Below, one piece after another: positions 43,555-53,083 of a stretch of DNA of 64,000 nucleotides. Location: assembly GCA_902623255.1 (NCBI GenBank), contig CACNSY010000001.1, positions 152,328 to 216,327 of the forward strand, written 5' to 3'. A program made the position numbers and the translations under genes. Within the stretch, counting starts at the first letter, position 1; every line of letters starts with the position of its first letter. This DNA is from an uncultured Alphaproteobacteria bacterium (GTDB taxonomy: Bacteria > Pseudomonadota > Alphaproteobacteria > HIMB59 > GCA-002718135). Below the pieces are notes generated by a model that saw only the letters and a list, made by a program, of their open reading frames with translations, had not been told where the DNA came from and made no database searches.

Positions 43555-45369
43555 TTAATTACTAACTAAATCTTCTTCCATTTTAATTAATTCATACCAT
43601 CTATTTTCTTTTATATTGAGATCACTATTAAGATCTTCCATTTTAGAAGTTATTTCTTGATAGCGTTCATAATTTTCTAAATATAAATTTGTATCCTTCA
43701 ATTCATTTTTAATATCTTCTAATTCTTGTTGAATATTTTTTATTTGGTTTGGTAATTGTTCTAATTCATATTGAAACTTATAGGATAATTTTTGTTTTAA
43801 ACTTTTTACTTTATTGTTTTCTGAAAGTGATTTTTTAGTTTCTTTATTTTTAGTAACTTGTTGATTTTCAGATTTTAAAAAATCACTATATCCTCCAAAA
43901 AACAATGATACATTTCCATCCTCTTTGAAATGTAGAATTTTATTTACAGTTTGATCTAAAAAATCTCGATCATGCGATACTATTAATAACGTTCCATTAT
44001 AATTAGATAACATTTCAGTTAATAGATCTAATGTTTCTAAATCTAGGTCATTTGTCGGCTCATCTAAAATAAGTCCAGTCTTTGGATTAGCTAATACTTT
44101 TGCCAAAAGTAATCTATTTTGCTCTCCTCCTGATAATGTTTGTATAGTATGATTGACATTTTTAGGATCAAACTGAAAATCTTTGACATAACTACAAACA
44201 TGCCTATCTCTTCCTTGAACTTTTAAATAATCTCCTCCAGAGGGTACTAAGATATCTTTAATAGATTTTCTGCCATTAAGATCATTACGCATTTGATCAA
44301 AATAAGAAAATTCTAAATTTTTTTTCAGCTTGATTTTACCTTTAGAAATTTTTATTTCATTAAGAATTGTTCGAAGAAAAGTTGATTTACCACTTCCATT
44401 ATTCCCTAACAGACCGATACGATCATTTTTTGAAATTTTAATAGATAGATTTTTAAAAACAAATTCACTTTGATTTGGATATTTCACAAACACTTCTTGA
44501 AGTTCAGCAATAAATTTAGATTGATCAGTAGATTTTTTAGAAACTTGCGGTCTTAAAGATTTAATTGCACTTCTGTAAGATGCTTCATCTTTTTCTAATT
44601 GCGCTTTTAATTCTTTTGCTCTTTTTAATCGTTTTTCATTTCGCTTAACTCGCGCCTTTACACCTTTATTTGCCCACTCGAGTTCAATATTAACAAATTG
44701 CTTTCTATTTCTTAATTCTCTATATTCTTGATCGAGTAACTCCTCTGACCATTTATCAAAATCCTTAAATCCTCTTGGGCTTACCCTTAATTTTCCTCTA
44801 TCTATCCAAAAAACTTTATTGGTAAAATTACTGAGAAAAGTTCTATCATGACTTACACATATAATTGTCTTATTTAAATTGCGTAAATAACTTTCTAGCC
44901 ATTCGATGCATTGCAAATCTAGATGATTGGTTGGCTCATCTAATAACAAAACATCGGAGTCTTTTAATAAAGATCGAATTAAATAAACTTTTCTTTTTTG
45001 ACCTCCTGAAAGATCTTCAACATTAGCAAGTTTATCTAAATTGAGTTTATTGCAAAATATATCAACAAAATGTTTATTTTGTTCGTTAAGTAAGTCTGAA
45101 AAATTCTCTTCAATGGTTTTATTATCAAGTTTTTCAAATTTCTGATTAAAATATCCAACTTTTAGATTTGGATAATTCCATAATTCTCCTGCATCTAAAT
45201 CTTGATCACCATTTATAGTTTTCATAAGTGTTGTTTTGCCAACACCATTTTTACCAACAAGCGCAATCATATCACCCTTGTGTAAATTTAAGTTTAGATC
45301 TTGGAAAATAACTTTTTTGCCAAATTTGATTTCTACATCTCTTAGAGAAAATAATAAATCACTAGCCAC
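43555..45369 (-). CDS. uup: ABC-F family ATPase (Uup-like)
   Basis: Two ABC domains (GKNGVGKTT, GNNGSGKST, LSGG, DEPTN), no TM helices, C-terminal KLSYK..ELEQLP coiled coil. Confidence 0.85.
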   Translation of the reverse strand: MASDLLFSLRDVEIKFGKKVIFQDLNLNLHKGDMIALVGKNGVGKTTLMKTINGDQDLDAGELWNYPNLKVGYFNQKFEKLDNKTIEENFSDLLNEQNKHFVDIFCNKLNLDKLANVEDLSGGQKRKVYLIRSLLKDSDVLLLDEPTNHLDLQCIEWLESYLRNLNKTIICVSHDRTFLSNFTNKVFWIDRGKLRVSPRGFKDFDKWSEELLDQEYRELRNRKQFVNIELEWANKGVKARVKRNEKRLKRAKELKAQLEKDEASYRSAIKSLRPQVSKKSTDQSKFIAELQEVFVKYPNQSEFVFKNLSIKISKNDRIGLLGNNGSGKSTFLRTILNEIKISKGKIKLKKNLEFSYFDQMRNDLNGRKSIKDILVPSGGDYLKVQGRDRHVCSYVKDFQFDPKNVNHTIQTLSGGEQNRLLLAKVLANPKTGLILDEPTNDLDLETLDLLTEMLSNYNGTLLIVSHDRDFLDQTVNKILHFKEDGNVSLFFGGYSDFLKSENQQVTKNKETKKSLSENNKVKSLKQKLSYKFQYELEQLPNQIKNIQQELEDIKNELKDTNLYLENYERYQEITSKMEDLNSDLNIKENRWYELIKMEEDLVSN

Positions 45370-45380
45370 TAATTTAAGTC

Positions 45381-45497
45381 TTATATAATTTTGAAATAAA
45401 CAACAATAAAATCAAGGATCATAAATATTATAAATAGTATTGCCACTCTAGTTAATGACCATTGACCTTTTGGAAAAATAAAATTTAGGAACTTCAT
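45381..45497 (-). CDS. Small single-TM protein (38 aa)
   Basis: Manual translation [38 protein letters not shown] fills the gap between co-oriented genes. Confidence 0.55.
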   Translation of the reverse strand: MKFLNFIFPKGQWSLTRVAILFIIFMILDFIVVYFKII

Positions 45498-45503
45498 ATT
45501 AAT

Positions 45504-46109
45504 TTACTTACCCTTTAACCTAATCCATTTAATGCAATCTTCAAGTCTGTCATCTCCCCAAAATACTTCTTTGCCATCATATACAAATGTAGGACTTCCA
45601 AAAACTCCTTTTTTGTAGGCATATTCAGTATTGCTTAGATATTTATCTTTTATTTCCTGTGTATTAGCTTTCTTTATAGTTTCTTCTGAATCTAGGTTAA
45701 GCTCTTTAAATATTTCGTTTAAGTTTGGCTGTGTAGCTGGTTCTTTTCCTTGCTGAAACCATCTTTGATATGTTTTGTAAACATAATCAACTCCCCAACC
45801 TTCATTCATTCCAAGAATTGCAATTTGATTTGCTAAATCAAATTCTTTTAATGGATATGGTGCTGGCACCTTAGCTTCAAAGCCATAAAATTTTGCTCGT
45901 CTTTCAATATCTCTCCACATGTAATCTGATTTTATTTTTTTGGCTGGTGGCGTGAATGGAATGTTATCCATATCCATCATAATTTTTCTTACACTAAAGG
46001 GATGCCAATTAAATTTGATGTTTTCTTTTTCTGCAACCTCATTCAACCTATTGACTGTTAAATACGTATAAGTACTTCCTATTGAAAACCAAAAATTTAC
46101 CTCTTCCAT
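45504..46109 (-). CDS. 2-hydroxychromene-2-carboxylate isomerase / kappa-GST (DsbA-like) protein
   Basis: FWFSIGSTYTY, YMWRDIERRA, GVFGSPTF, EVFWGDDRL. Confidence 0.88.
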   Translation of the reverse strand: MEEVNFWFSIGSTYTYLTVNRLNEVAEKENIKFNWHPFSVRKIMMDMDNIPFTPPAKKIKSDYMWRDIERRAKFYGFEAKVPAPYPLKEFDLANQIAILGMNEGWGVDYVYKTYQRWFQQGKEPATQPNLNEIFKELNLDSEETIKKANTQEIKDKYLSNTEYAYKKGVFGSPTFVYDGKEVFWGDDRLEDCIKWIRLKGK

Positions 46110-46135
46110 AAAATTACTTTATAAATTTTATATTT

Positions 46136-46987
46136 TTATTCAACAATTATTTCATCCGGTGTTGTATCGATATCAATACTTGGATCCCACGTAATACCAC
46201 TTTTACCTGATCCAAATTTTGCACCTTTGTTTGTGAATGGAAGTTTGTATAATTCAGATTCAAAATATTTTTGCATTTTGGGAAGTTGTTTAAAGTTATT
46301 AAAAAAATCTGAAATCAGAGGATATTTAAGCAACGCAAAAACATTATTTTTATCTGCATGTTCAACAAAATTATAATAAAGTAAGAACTCACAATAAAGA
46401 TCTAAAGTATCAAAAAGGTTAAAGTCTGGAGAAGAAATTTTATTACCTACTAAATATAATTTTGTTTTGCTTTTCTCTTTTGAAGAAAGCCAATGTTCAA
46501 ATTTTTGAAGTTTACCAGAATTAGAATTTTCAAATGCAGTATTGTAAACTTCTTTAGCTGCTAATAATTCTTCATCTTTAGAATTAAAATGAGTGTAAGC
46601 AAATCTTGTTACAATTGATCTTAAATCTACAGTTTCTTGGAGTAACTGCTCACATTCCAGTTCTTCCTCTTGCGTCTCACCAAACATACCAAATTCTTTG
46701 CCCAAAAAAGTAAGACAGGTATTGGAATGAGATATTATGAATTCTTTATCATCCTTAAAATATTTTAAGTATGGCAAATTAATTAAACTATTTTTTTTCT
46801 TTAAATCAATTTTATCATTATCATGCCATGAACTTCCCTCATATATAATCTGATTATTTTCTTCTTTAGGAAGTACTTTATAAATTTTTGCTATTAGAGG
46901 AACACCTGCATAAATAATCATTTGTCTTGATGCAGAGCCAAGTCCTTTTGTACTCCAATATCCTAGTGTAATTTTATTCACATCCAT
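46136..46987 (-). CDS. Glutathione S-transferase, mu-class-like
   Basis: LGYW..KGL, NLPYL, SHSN, YLVGNKISSPDF, LPFTNKGAKFG. Confidence 0.8.
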   Translation of the reverse strand: MDVNKITLGYWSTKGLGSASRQMIIYAGVPLIAKIYKVLPKEENNQIIYEGSSWHDNDKIDLKKKNSLINLPYLKYFKDDKEFIISHSNTCLTFLGKEFGMFGETQEEELECEQLLQETVDLRSIVTRFAYTHFNSKDEELLAAKEVYNTAFENSNSGKLQKFEHWLSSKEKSKTKLYLVGNKISSPDFNLFDTLDLYCEFLLYYNFVEHADKNNVFALLKYPLISDFFNNFKQLPKMQKYFESELYKLPFTNKGAKFGSGKSGITWDPSIDIDTTPDEIIVE

Positions 46988-47183
46988 ATAAATTATAATT
47001 TAAATTAAATATTATTTTATAATCATTCTAAATTTAATTTATAACAAAATCATAATAATTCTTTATTTTTAGAGCTTTCTTGGAATAAAATACATTAAAA
47101 ATATTATTAAAAAAAAATATTTTTAATCTCTATGTAATAAATTCATAATAATCATCTTATTGCAATTAACAAAGGAGGTAAAT

Positions 47184-47798
47184 ATGTTTGCAACATGGAA
47201 AATAAGAACTGACTACGCAAATGCTGTAGATATTTTTGATAAAGTTTCACCTTGGTTTAAAGAAAGTGGAGCTCGAATGACTAATGTTACGCATAATATT
47301 GGTGGTGATGATAATACATTCACTATGGTAGCAGGATTTGAGAGTTATGAAGCATTTGGAAAAAATGATGATGCTTGGGCTTCATCTCCAGAATGGTGGC
47401 AAAAAATGCAACCAAATTTTGTAAACAATCAATTAGTTGAAGCTGTATATTTAACTGAATTGATTGGAAATATTAAAGGTGCTACTGAGGAAATGCCTGT
47501 ATGGGCACATTTTGTTTTTAGTCATCCAGATGTGGATGCTATAAAAAAAAGTTTTGAAATTGATGAAAAACACTACATGTCAAATGGTTCATCAGGAATT
47601 GCAATTCATAGAATGTTTGGTGATAGAAATAATCAATATTTATTTGCTGCAAGGTTTAAAAGTATGCAAGAGTTAGGCAAGTGCATGGATGCTAACCAAA
47701 ATTCTCCAGATTATTGGGAAAGTCATAAAGATTATTATGCAAACTTAACTATTCATCTAAATTATAATGCTAGAGTAATTAGAAGAGATATTTATTAA
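47184..47798 (+). CDS. Hypothetical protein, two internal ~100-aa repeats (NIPSNAP/dimeric alpha+beta barrel-like)
   Basis: AGGAGG RBS before ATG 47184; repeats ..GFESYEAFGKNDD..SPEWW and ..RFKSMQELGKCMD..SPDYW. Confidence 0.8.
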   Translation: MFATWKIRTDYANAVDIFDKVSPWFKESGARMTNVTHNIGGDDNTFTMVAGFESYEAFGKNDDAWASSPEWWQKMQPNFVNNQLVEAVYLTELIGNIKGATEEMPVWAHFVFSHPDVDAIKKSFEIDEKHYMSNGSSGIAIHRMFGDRNNQYLFAARFKSMQELGKCMDANQNSPDYWESHKDYYANLTIHLNYNARVIRRDIY

Positions 47799-47811
47799 AA
47801 AAGGAGGAAAT

Positions 47812-48426
47812 ATGATTGTAGGAAGTTGGACATACAGTATATCTAATGCGAATGCTATTAAAGCATACAATACTGCAGCAGAATATTTTAAAAAATATGG
47901 TGCTGTTGGATCATCACTTGCAAGCCATCTTGGAAGAGATAATGGTTTGTACACAACAAACATTGGATATGAAAATTATGCTCATTTTGGAGAGGTAGAT
48001 GATAAATTATCTAATGATGAAAATTGGGCAAAGGATATGGAGCCATTCTTTTCTGACACTAAATGGGAAACAAATAATTTTTACGAACCATTGGTTCATA
48101 ATATGCCTTCAGATGCTGGTATTAAACCTGTTTTTGCACAGTGGATGTTTTATCATAAAGATATCAACTTAATTCAAGATAAAGGTGATATTTTTATTAA
48201 AGCTTGGATGGATAATGGCGCAACAGGAGGATCTGTTGGTAGGATGAATGGAAAAGATAATGGCTCCTTCGGATTTGCTGTTCGTTTCAATACTATGAAA
48301 GAATATGGTTTAGCTCAAGACAAACTAAATGGTGATAATTTTTGGTCGGATCATAAAGATTTTCTAGATGAAGTAGAGCCAAGAGGCATGAGTCTTGTAA
48401 GAATCTTAGAAACAAATTGGGAATAA
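47812..48426 (+). CDS. Hypothetical protein, paralog of upstream gene
   Basis: AGGAGG RBS; repeats ..GYENYAHFGEVDD..DENW and ..RFNTMKEYGLAQD..DNFW. Confidence 0.8.
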   Translation: MIVGSWTYSISNANAIKAYNTAAEYFKKYGAVGSSLASHLGRDNGLYTTNIGYENYAHFGEVDDKLSNDENWAKDMEPFFSDTKWETNNFYEPLVHNMPSDAGIKPVFAQWMFYHKDINLIQDKGDIFIKAWMDNGATGGSVGRMNGKDNGSFGFAVRFNTMKEYGLAQDKLNGDNFWSDHKDFLDEVEPRGMSLVRILETNWE

Positions 48427-48430
48427 TTTT

Positions 48431-48458
48431 ATAGCAGGAATTTTATTCCTGCTATTTA
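48431..48458 (+). terminator. Intrinsic terminator after the paralog pair
   Basis: ATAGCAGGAA-TTTTA-TTCCTGCTAT followed by TT. Confidence 0.75.
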
Positions 48459-48738
48459 AATAGATTTTAATATGTATTTATTATCAGTTATCTGGGGTTT
48501 TAATGGTTTGGCTATATTTTACTTAATTAAAAAAAATCAAAATTCATAATAATTATTTTTAATGTGGATAATATGCTCAAATAATTAAAATTTTTTTTGG
48601 CAAAAAAAAGCAATTCTTTCCTGAATCCTCAATCAAAATAGAGAGGCATAATCCATAAGTTATTAATATTTAATAATAATTTTTAGAAACTTTTATGTCA
48701 TATTCTTCAAATATTTATTTAAAAAAATGGGGGTAAAA

Positions 48739-50067
48739 ATGAAAATTATATCAATTTTTATTAGCTTCTTGTTTTTATCATTTTCGTTAAACGCTGACAC
48801 TATCAAGTATTGGACTACTGAAGAACAGCCTGCAAGAATGATGAAGCAAGTTCAAATGGCTGTGGACTTTAATAAGGCGTCTGGCCATAATGTTACTGTT
48901 ATACCAATTTCAGAGAGTGAAATGGGTAAAAGAGCTGTAGCTGGTTTTGCTGCAGATGATTTGCCGGATGTAATCTATACTACTTTGCAGTATATTTTAC
49001 CATGGGCTGAAGAAGGTATAATTGATGTAGATGCTACAAACGAAGTAGTTAATATGTTAGGTGCTTCTACTTTTGGGGAAAAAGCTCTAGGCATGGCAAG
49101 TTACGATAGTAAATTTGCTGGTGTGCCAGTTGATGGTTGGACTCAAATGGTAGTATACAGAAAAGATCTTTTTGAAGAAAAAGGTTTAGCTGCACCAAAT
49201 ACTTTTGATAACATTCTAAAAGCAATTGATGCACTACACAATCCACCAAATATGTATGGATTTGTGGCAGCAACAAAAACTGATGAAAACTTTATGAGTC
49301 AGGTATTGGAACACGTGCTTTTAGCAAATGGATGTTCGCCTGTTGATTCTTCAGGGATTGCCGAAATGGGTAGTGCTTGTGTTGAAGCAATTGATTTTTA
49401 TGAAGAATTAGCAAAAGCAAGTCCTCCAGGTGATTTATTCTGGCAACAATCTCGTGAATTATATTTTGCTGGTAAAGCAGCTATGATTATTTGGTCACCT
49501 TTTATTATGGATGAATTAGCTGGTCTTAGAGACTCAGCGCCTCCAACAATAAATGATGATCCAACTTCACCAGAATTAGCAAGTAAAACTGGTTTCATTA
49601 CTAACTTTGCTGGTCCAAGTAACCCAAGTGGTGCTGCATGGGCGGATGTTAGATTTATGATTATTACAGATTCTGCTAATACAGAAGTTGCACAGGAATG
49701 GATAAAATATGCTGTTGGCGATGGTTATGTTCAAACTTTAAGTATCGCTCCTGAAGGTAAATTTCCTGTTCGTAGAGGAGATGCTTCAGACTCAGATAAA
49801 TTTGTCCAAGCTTGGAGTAGCTTACCTGTAGGTGTAGATCGAAAAGCACCACTTAAAGATTTATATGATGCATCAGTTATTAATGACATTGTTGCAGGGC
49901 TAGATGTTGCTGAAAGATGGGGAGTCAAAGAAGGCCAGCTATCTGCAGCTTCAAAAGTAATTAATAGTCAAATTATAAATCGTGAGGTTAGAGAAGTTAT
50001 AGATGGTAACAAATCTGCTAGTGATGCAGTAGCTGCTATCAATAGCCAAATTAGCGATATAGACTAA
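48739..50067 (+). CDS. Carbohydrate ABC substrate-binding protein
   Basis: Signal peptide ending LNA-D, DLPDV, GVP, YRKDLFE, GKAAMII. Confidence 0.9.
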   Translation: MKIISIFISFLFLSFSLNADTIKYWTTEEQPARMMKQVQMAVDFNKASGHNVTVIPISESEMGKRAVAGFAADDLPDVIYTTLQYILPWAEEGIIDVDATNEVVNMLGASTFGEKALGMASYDSKFAGVPVDGWTQMVVYRKDLFEEKGLAAPNTFDNILKAIDALHNPPNMYGFVAATKTDENFMSQVLEHVLLANGCSPVDSSGIAEMGSACVEAIDFYEELAKASPPGDLFWQQSRELYFAGKAAMIIWSPFIMDELAGLRDSAPPTINDDPTSPELASKTGFITNFAGPSNPSGAAWADVRFMIITDSANTEVAQEWIKYAVGDGYVQTLSIAPEGKFPVRRGDASDSDKFVQAWSSLPVGVDRKAPLKDLYDASVINDIVAGLDVAERWGVKEGQLSAASKVINSQIINREVREVIDGNKSASDAVAAINSQISDID

Positions 50068-50086
50068 ATTTTTTTTTTATCGTATT

Positions 50087-50112
50087 AAAGGCGACATATA
50101 TTGTCGCCTTTT
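50087..50112 (+). terminator. Hairpin between SBP and permease
   Basis: AAAGGCGACA-TATAT-TGTCGCCTTTT. Confidence 0.65.
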
Positions 50113-50117
50113 CATTA

Positions 50118-51359
50118 ATGTTTAACTTAAATAAAGAAGCAAAATTAGCATACACAATGCTAATTCCTACAATTAGTATCGTTTTTTTAATTATATTATT
50201 TCCTATTTTTGGAAATTTTTGGTTAAGCTTTAAAGAAGTTAAACTTGGAGATTTAAGAGCGCCACAACCTATCATAAAAGAAAAACTTAAGACTAAGGAT
50301 ATAGAACCTGGAGATGATATTTTAATTGAATATAGATTCAAAAATAGTTCACAAAAAAAACCAATATTTAATATAGAAATTACTGATAAAATTTCAGAAT
50401 TTATTTCACCTGTAGAAATTGCTGAAGGATGTTCAGTAAATAATAATTTATTGAGTTGTTATTTTGAAGAATGGAAACCAAAATATAATGAAAAAATAAT
50501 TTTTAAATTTAAAGCGAATGATAATTTTGAAATAGATAATTTCAATCCAAAAGAAAGCAAACCAAGAGGTGTTGCTGATGCAGATAATATTTTAACAAAC
50601 TTAAAATTTTCTCTTAAAAATTTTCAAAAAATATTACAAAAAAATGAAACAATAGAAAATATAAAGGTAACTTTTTTATATTCTTTTTTTGCTACTATCG
50701 GAGCATTATTTTTAGGTATAAGTGCTGCTTTATTACTTGAAAAAAATTTTTTAGGAAAAGGGTTTTTTAGAGGGTTATTTTTATTTCCGTTTGTTTCTCC
50801 TGTAATAGCAGTAGCATTTACCTGGGTTTACATTTTAGATCCTTTTAAGGGCTTTCTTAATAATTATTTATTAAACAACGAATTTATAAGTGAGCCAATT
50901 TTTTTCTTAGGACTAAAAAAAGTTGATTTTCTTGGGTTTGATTTTCCATTTACTCTATTTATTGTAATTCTTTTTGAGAGCTGGAGATATTTTCCATTAG
51001 CTTTTTTATTTATACTAGCAAGATTACAAGCTATTCCAAAAGATCTTTATGAGGCATCGGATATTGATGGAGCAACAAGAATACAACAGTTTTTTTACAT
51101 TACATTACCGCAATTACTTGGAGTTATTTCCCTACTTTTCATTTTACGTTTCATTTGGAACTTTAATAAGTTTGAGGATATATTTTTATTAACGGGGGGT
51201 AATGCTGGAACTAGAACATTAACGGTTCAGGTGTACGATGAAGCTTTTGCACTTTCAAATATGGGCACTGCATCTTCAGTAGCTGTACTTATATTTATTC
51301 TTCTGGCAATTTTTGTTTTCATTCATCAAAAAATAGCACCTAAGGATATAGAAGAATGA
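50118..51359 (+). CDS. Carbohydrate ABC permease (MalF-like) with extra extracytoplasmic domain
   Basis: LYEASDIDGA EAA loop, ITLPQL, LLTGG; ~110-aa hydrophilic insert after TM1. Confidence 0.9.
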   Translation: MFNLNKEAKLAYTMLIPTISIVFLIILFPIFGNFWLSFKEVKLGDLRAPQPIIKEKLKTKDIEPGDDILIEYRFKNSSQKKPIFNIEITDKISEFISPVEIAEGCSVNNNLLSCYFEEWKPKYNEKIIFKFKANDNFEIDNFNPKESKPRGVADADNILTNLKFSLKNFQKILQKNETIENIKVTFLYSFFATIGALFLGISAALLLEKNFLGKGFFRGLFLFPFVSPVIAVAFTWVYILDPFKGFLNNYLLNNEFISEPIFFLGLKKVDFLGFDFPFTLFIVILFESWRYFPLAFLFILARLQAIPKDLYEASDIDGATRIQQFFYITLPQLLGVISLLFILRFIWNFNKFEDIFLLTGGNAGTRTLTVQVYDEAFALSNMGTASSVAVLIFILLAIFVFIHQKIAPKDIEE

Positions 51360-52561
51360 CAAATAATATTTATCAGTTTTTTTTCATTTATTTATATTCA
51401 ATAATTACGCTATTTTTATTAGCTGTAATTGGAGATTTTGTTTCAATATCAATTTTTCTCTCAAAAAATATATTTATTTATAAAAATATTTTTCTATATT
51501 GTTTCCTTTACGCAATTTGTTTTTTTGCAATACGAATTATAATTACCAATCAAGTCTCTAACATTTTTATTTTTATAATATCTTTAGCCTTATCGTATTT
51601 TTTTCTAATTAATAAAGAAATTAATGCCTATCAATTATTAATTATTTTATCAGTGTTTATAGCTTTTAATCTACTGTTACAAAAATATTTTACAGCTAAA
51701 AATTTTAGTAATTTTTTATTTGAAGTTTCTTTTTTAAAATTTCTTAAAACAAATAGTTTAATATTTTTTTCTTTTATAATTATTTTTCCTTTTTATTTAA
51801 TGTTTGTATCAAGCTTAAAAAGCCAAATGGTTTTGTTACAAAACCCAACTGATTTAAGTATTCCATTTTTTTATTCAATATCAGATTTTTTTTCGAGCTA
51901 TATTGCTGTTATCACTCAATACAACTTTTTAAATTTTGCTTTAAACAGCACTATTGTCTCATTTGTAACTGTTTTCGTCAGTTTGTTTTTTTCTATTCCA
52001 GGTGCATATGCAGTTGCACGCTTAAGATTTGCAGGAAGATCAAAAATATCATCATCTATTTTAATAATATATATGGTTCCGGCAATAGTACTTGTAATTC
52101 CACTTTATGTTATATTCAGTCAACTTGGTTTTAGAAATAGCTTGTTTAGTCTAATGATTGTTTATCCGGCAACAACTATTCCTGTTGCACTTTACATGTT
52201 GCAAGGATATTTCAAAGGTATCCCATATGAACTAGAAGAGTCTGCTCTTATTGATGGATGTTCTCGTATTGGGGTCATATTAAGAATTACATTACCATTA
52301 AGTGTGCCAGCTATTTTATCTGTTTCATTGTACGTATTTATGATTGCTTGGAATGAATTCTTATTTGCCTTTATGTTTTTAGATAATCAAGAATATTTTA
52401 CTATACCAAGAGGTCTTTATACTCAACTTGATGATCAAGAAGTGCCAAGACAATATTTGATGGCTGGGTCTGTGATGATAACTGTGCCTGTACTATTATT
52501 ATTTTTTATTTTTGAAAGATATTTGGTAGGAGGCTTAACTGCAGGAAGCGTTAAAGGATAA
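51356..52561 (+). CDS. Carbohydrate ABC permease (MalG-like) with N-terminal TM extension
   Basis: IPYELEESALIDG, WNEFL, GGLTAGSVKG; ~125 extra hydrophobic residues at N-terminus. Confidence 0.9.
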   Translation: MTNNIYQFFFIYLYSIITLFLLAVIGDFVSISIFLSKNIFIYKNIFLYCFLYAICFFAIRIIITNQVSNIFIFIISLALSYFFLINKEINAYQLLIILSVFIAFNLLLQKYFTAKNFSNFLFEVSFLKFLKTNSLIFFSFIIIFPFYLMFVSSLKSQMVLLQNPTDLSIPFFYSISDFFSSYIAVITQYNFLNFALNSTIVSFVTVFVSLFFSIPGAYAVARLRFAGRSKISSSILIIYMVPAIVLVIPLYVIFSQLGFRNSLFSLMIVYPATTIPVALYMLQGYFKGIPYELEESALIDGCSRIGVILRITLPLSVPAILSVSLYVFMIAWNEFLFAFMFLDNQEYFTIPRGLYTQLDDQEVPRQYLMAGSVMITVPVLLLFFIFERYLVGGLTAGSVKG

Positions 52562-52619
52562 TCAAGTCAATTATGAATGATTTGAGTAAATATTTTGCTT
52601 ATGCTAATATTACATAAGT

Positions 52620-52694
52620 GCTGATATAGTATAATGGTTATTACAGGCCGTTGGTAACGGTCAGATTCAAGTTCGATTCTCGGTATCAGCACCA
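52620..52694 (+). tRNA. tRNA-Thr(GGT)
   Basis: GCTGATATAGTATAATGGTTATTACAGGCCGTTGGTAACGGTCAGATTCAAGTTCGATTCTCGGTATCAGCACCA. Confidence 0.92.
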
Positions 52695-52699
52695 TAGAA

Positions 52700-53083
52700 A
52701 TGAAATATGCAATTATAATTCTAATTTTTTTTATAAATTTTGAAATAATGGCCAAACAAATATCTGATTTTAATTGGGAGAAAAGAATAGTTATAATTTC
52801 CTTTGAAAAAAAAGAGGATCAAATATTTCTTTTTACTCAAAAATTTGTTTCTGAAAATAAATGTTCAATAAACGATAGAAATTTGAAATTTATATACTTT
52901 GAAAAATTCAAAAATAAGGAATTTGAAACACCAACTTTTCTAAATAAATATGGAATATGGTTAATCGGATACGACGGCTCAATTAAAGATTATAGTATAA
53001 ATGAAAAAATTTTTATACGCTTATTTAAATTGATTGATTCTATGCCTATGAGAAAAAATGAAATGATAAATGATCAATGTTAA
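52700..53083 (+). CDS. DUF4174-like secreted protein
   Basis: WEKRIVII, DRNL, LIGYDG.IK, LFKLIDSMPMRKNEM. Confidence 0.8.
   Translation: MKYAIIILIFFINFEIMAKQISDFNWEKRIVIISFEKKEDQIFLFTQKFVSENKCSINDRNLKFIYFEKFKNKEFETPTFLNKYGIWLIGYDGSIKDYSINEKIFIRLFKLIDSMPMRKNEMINDQC

Noticed and set aside
43555-45369. ABC-F protein as the missing transporter ATPase
   Set aside because: Twin-domain Uup architecture, not MalK-like
48472-48549. 25-aa hydrophobic ORF MYLLSVIWGFNGLAIFYLIKKNQNS
   Set aside because: Directly after a terminator with no RBS; may be a gene remnant but cannot be supported
48563-48571. Perfect DnaA box (TGTGGATAA) in an AT-rich gap, possible oriC
   Set aside because: Only one perfect box plus one 2-mismatch copy; no hemE/dnaA/parAB context; GC skew could not be computed
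52567-52755. 62-aa minus-strand ORF
   Set aside because: Antisense reading of tRNA-Thr
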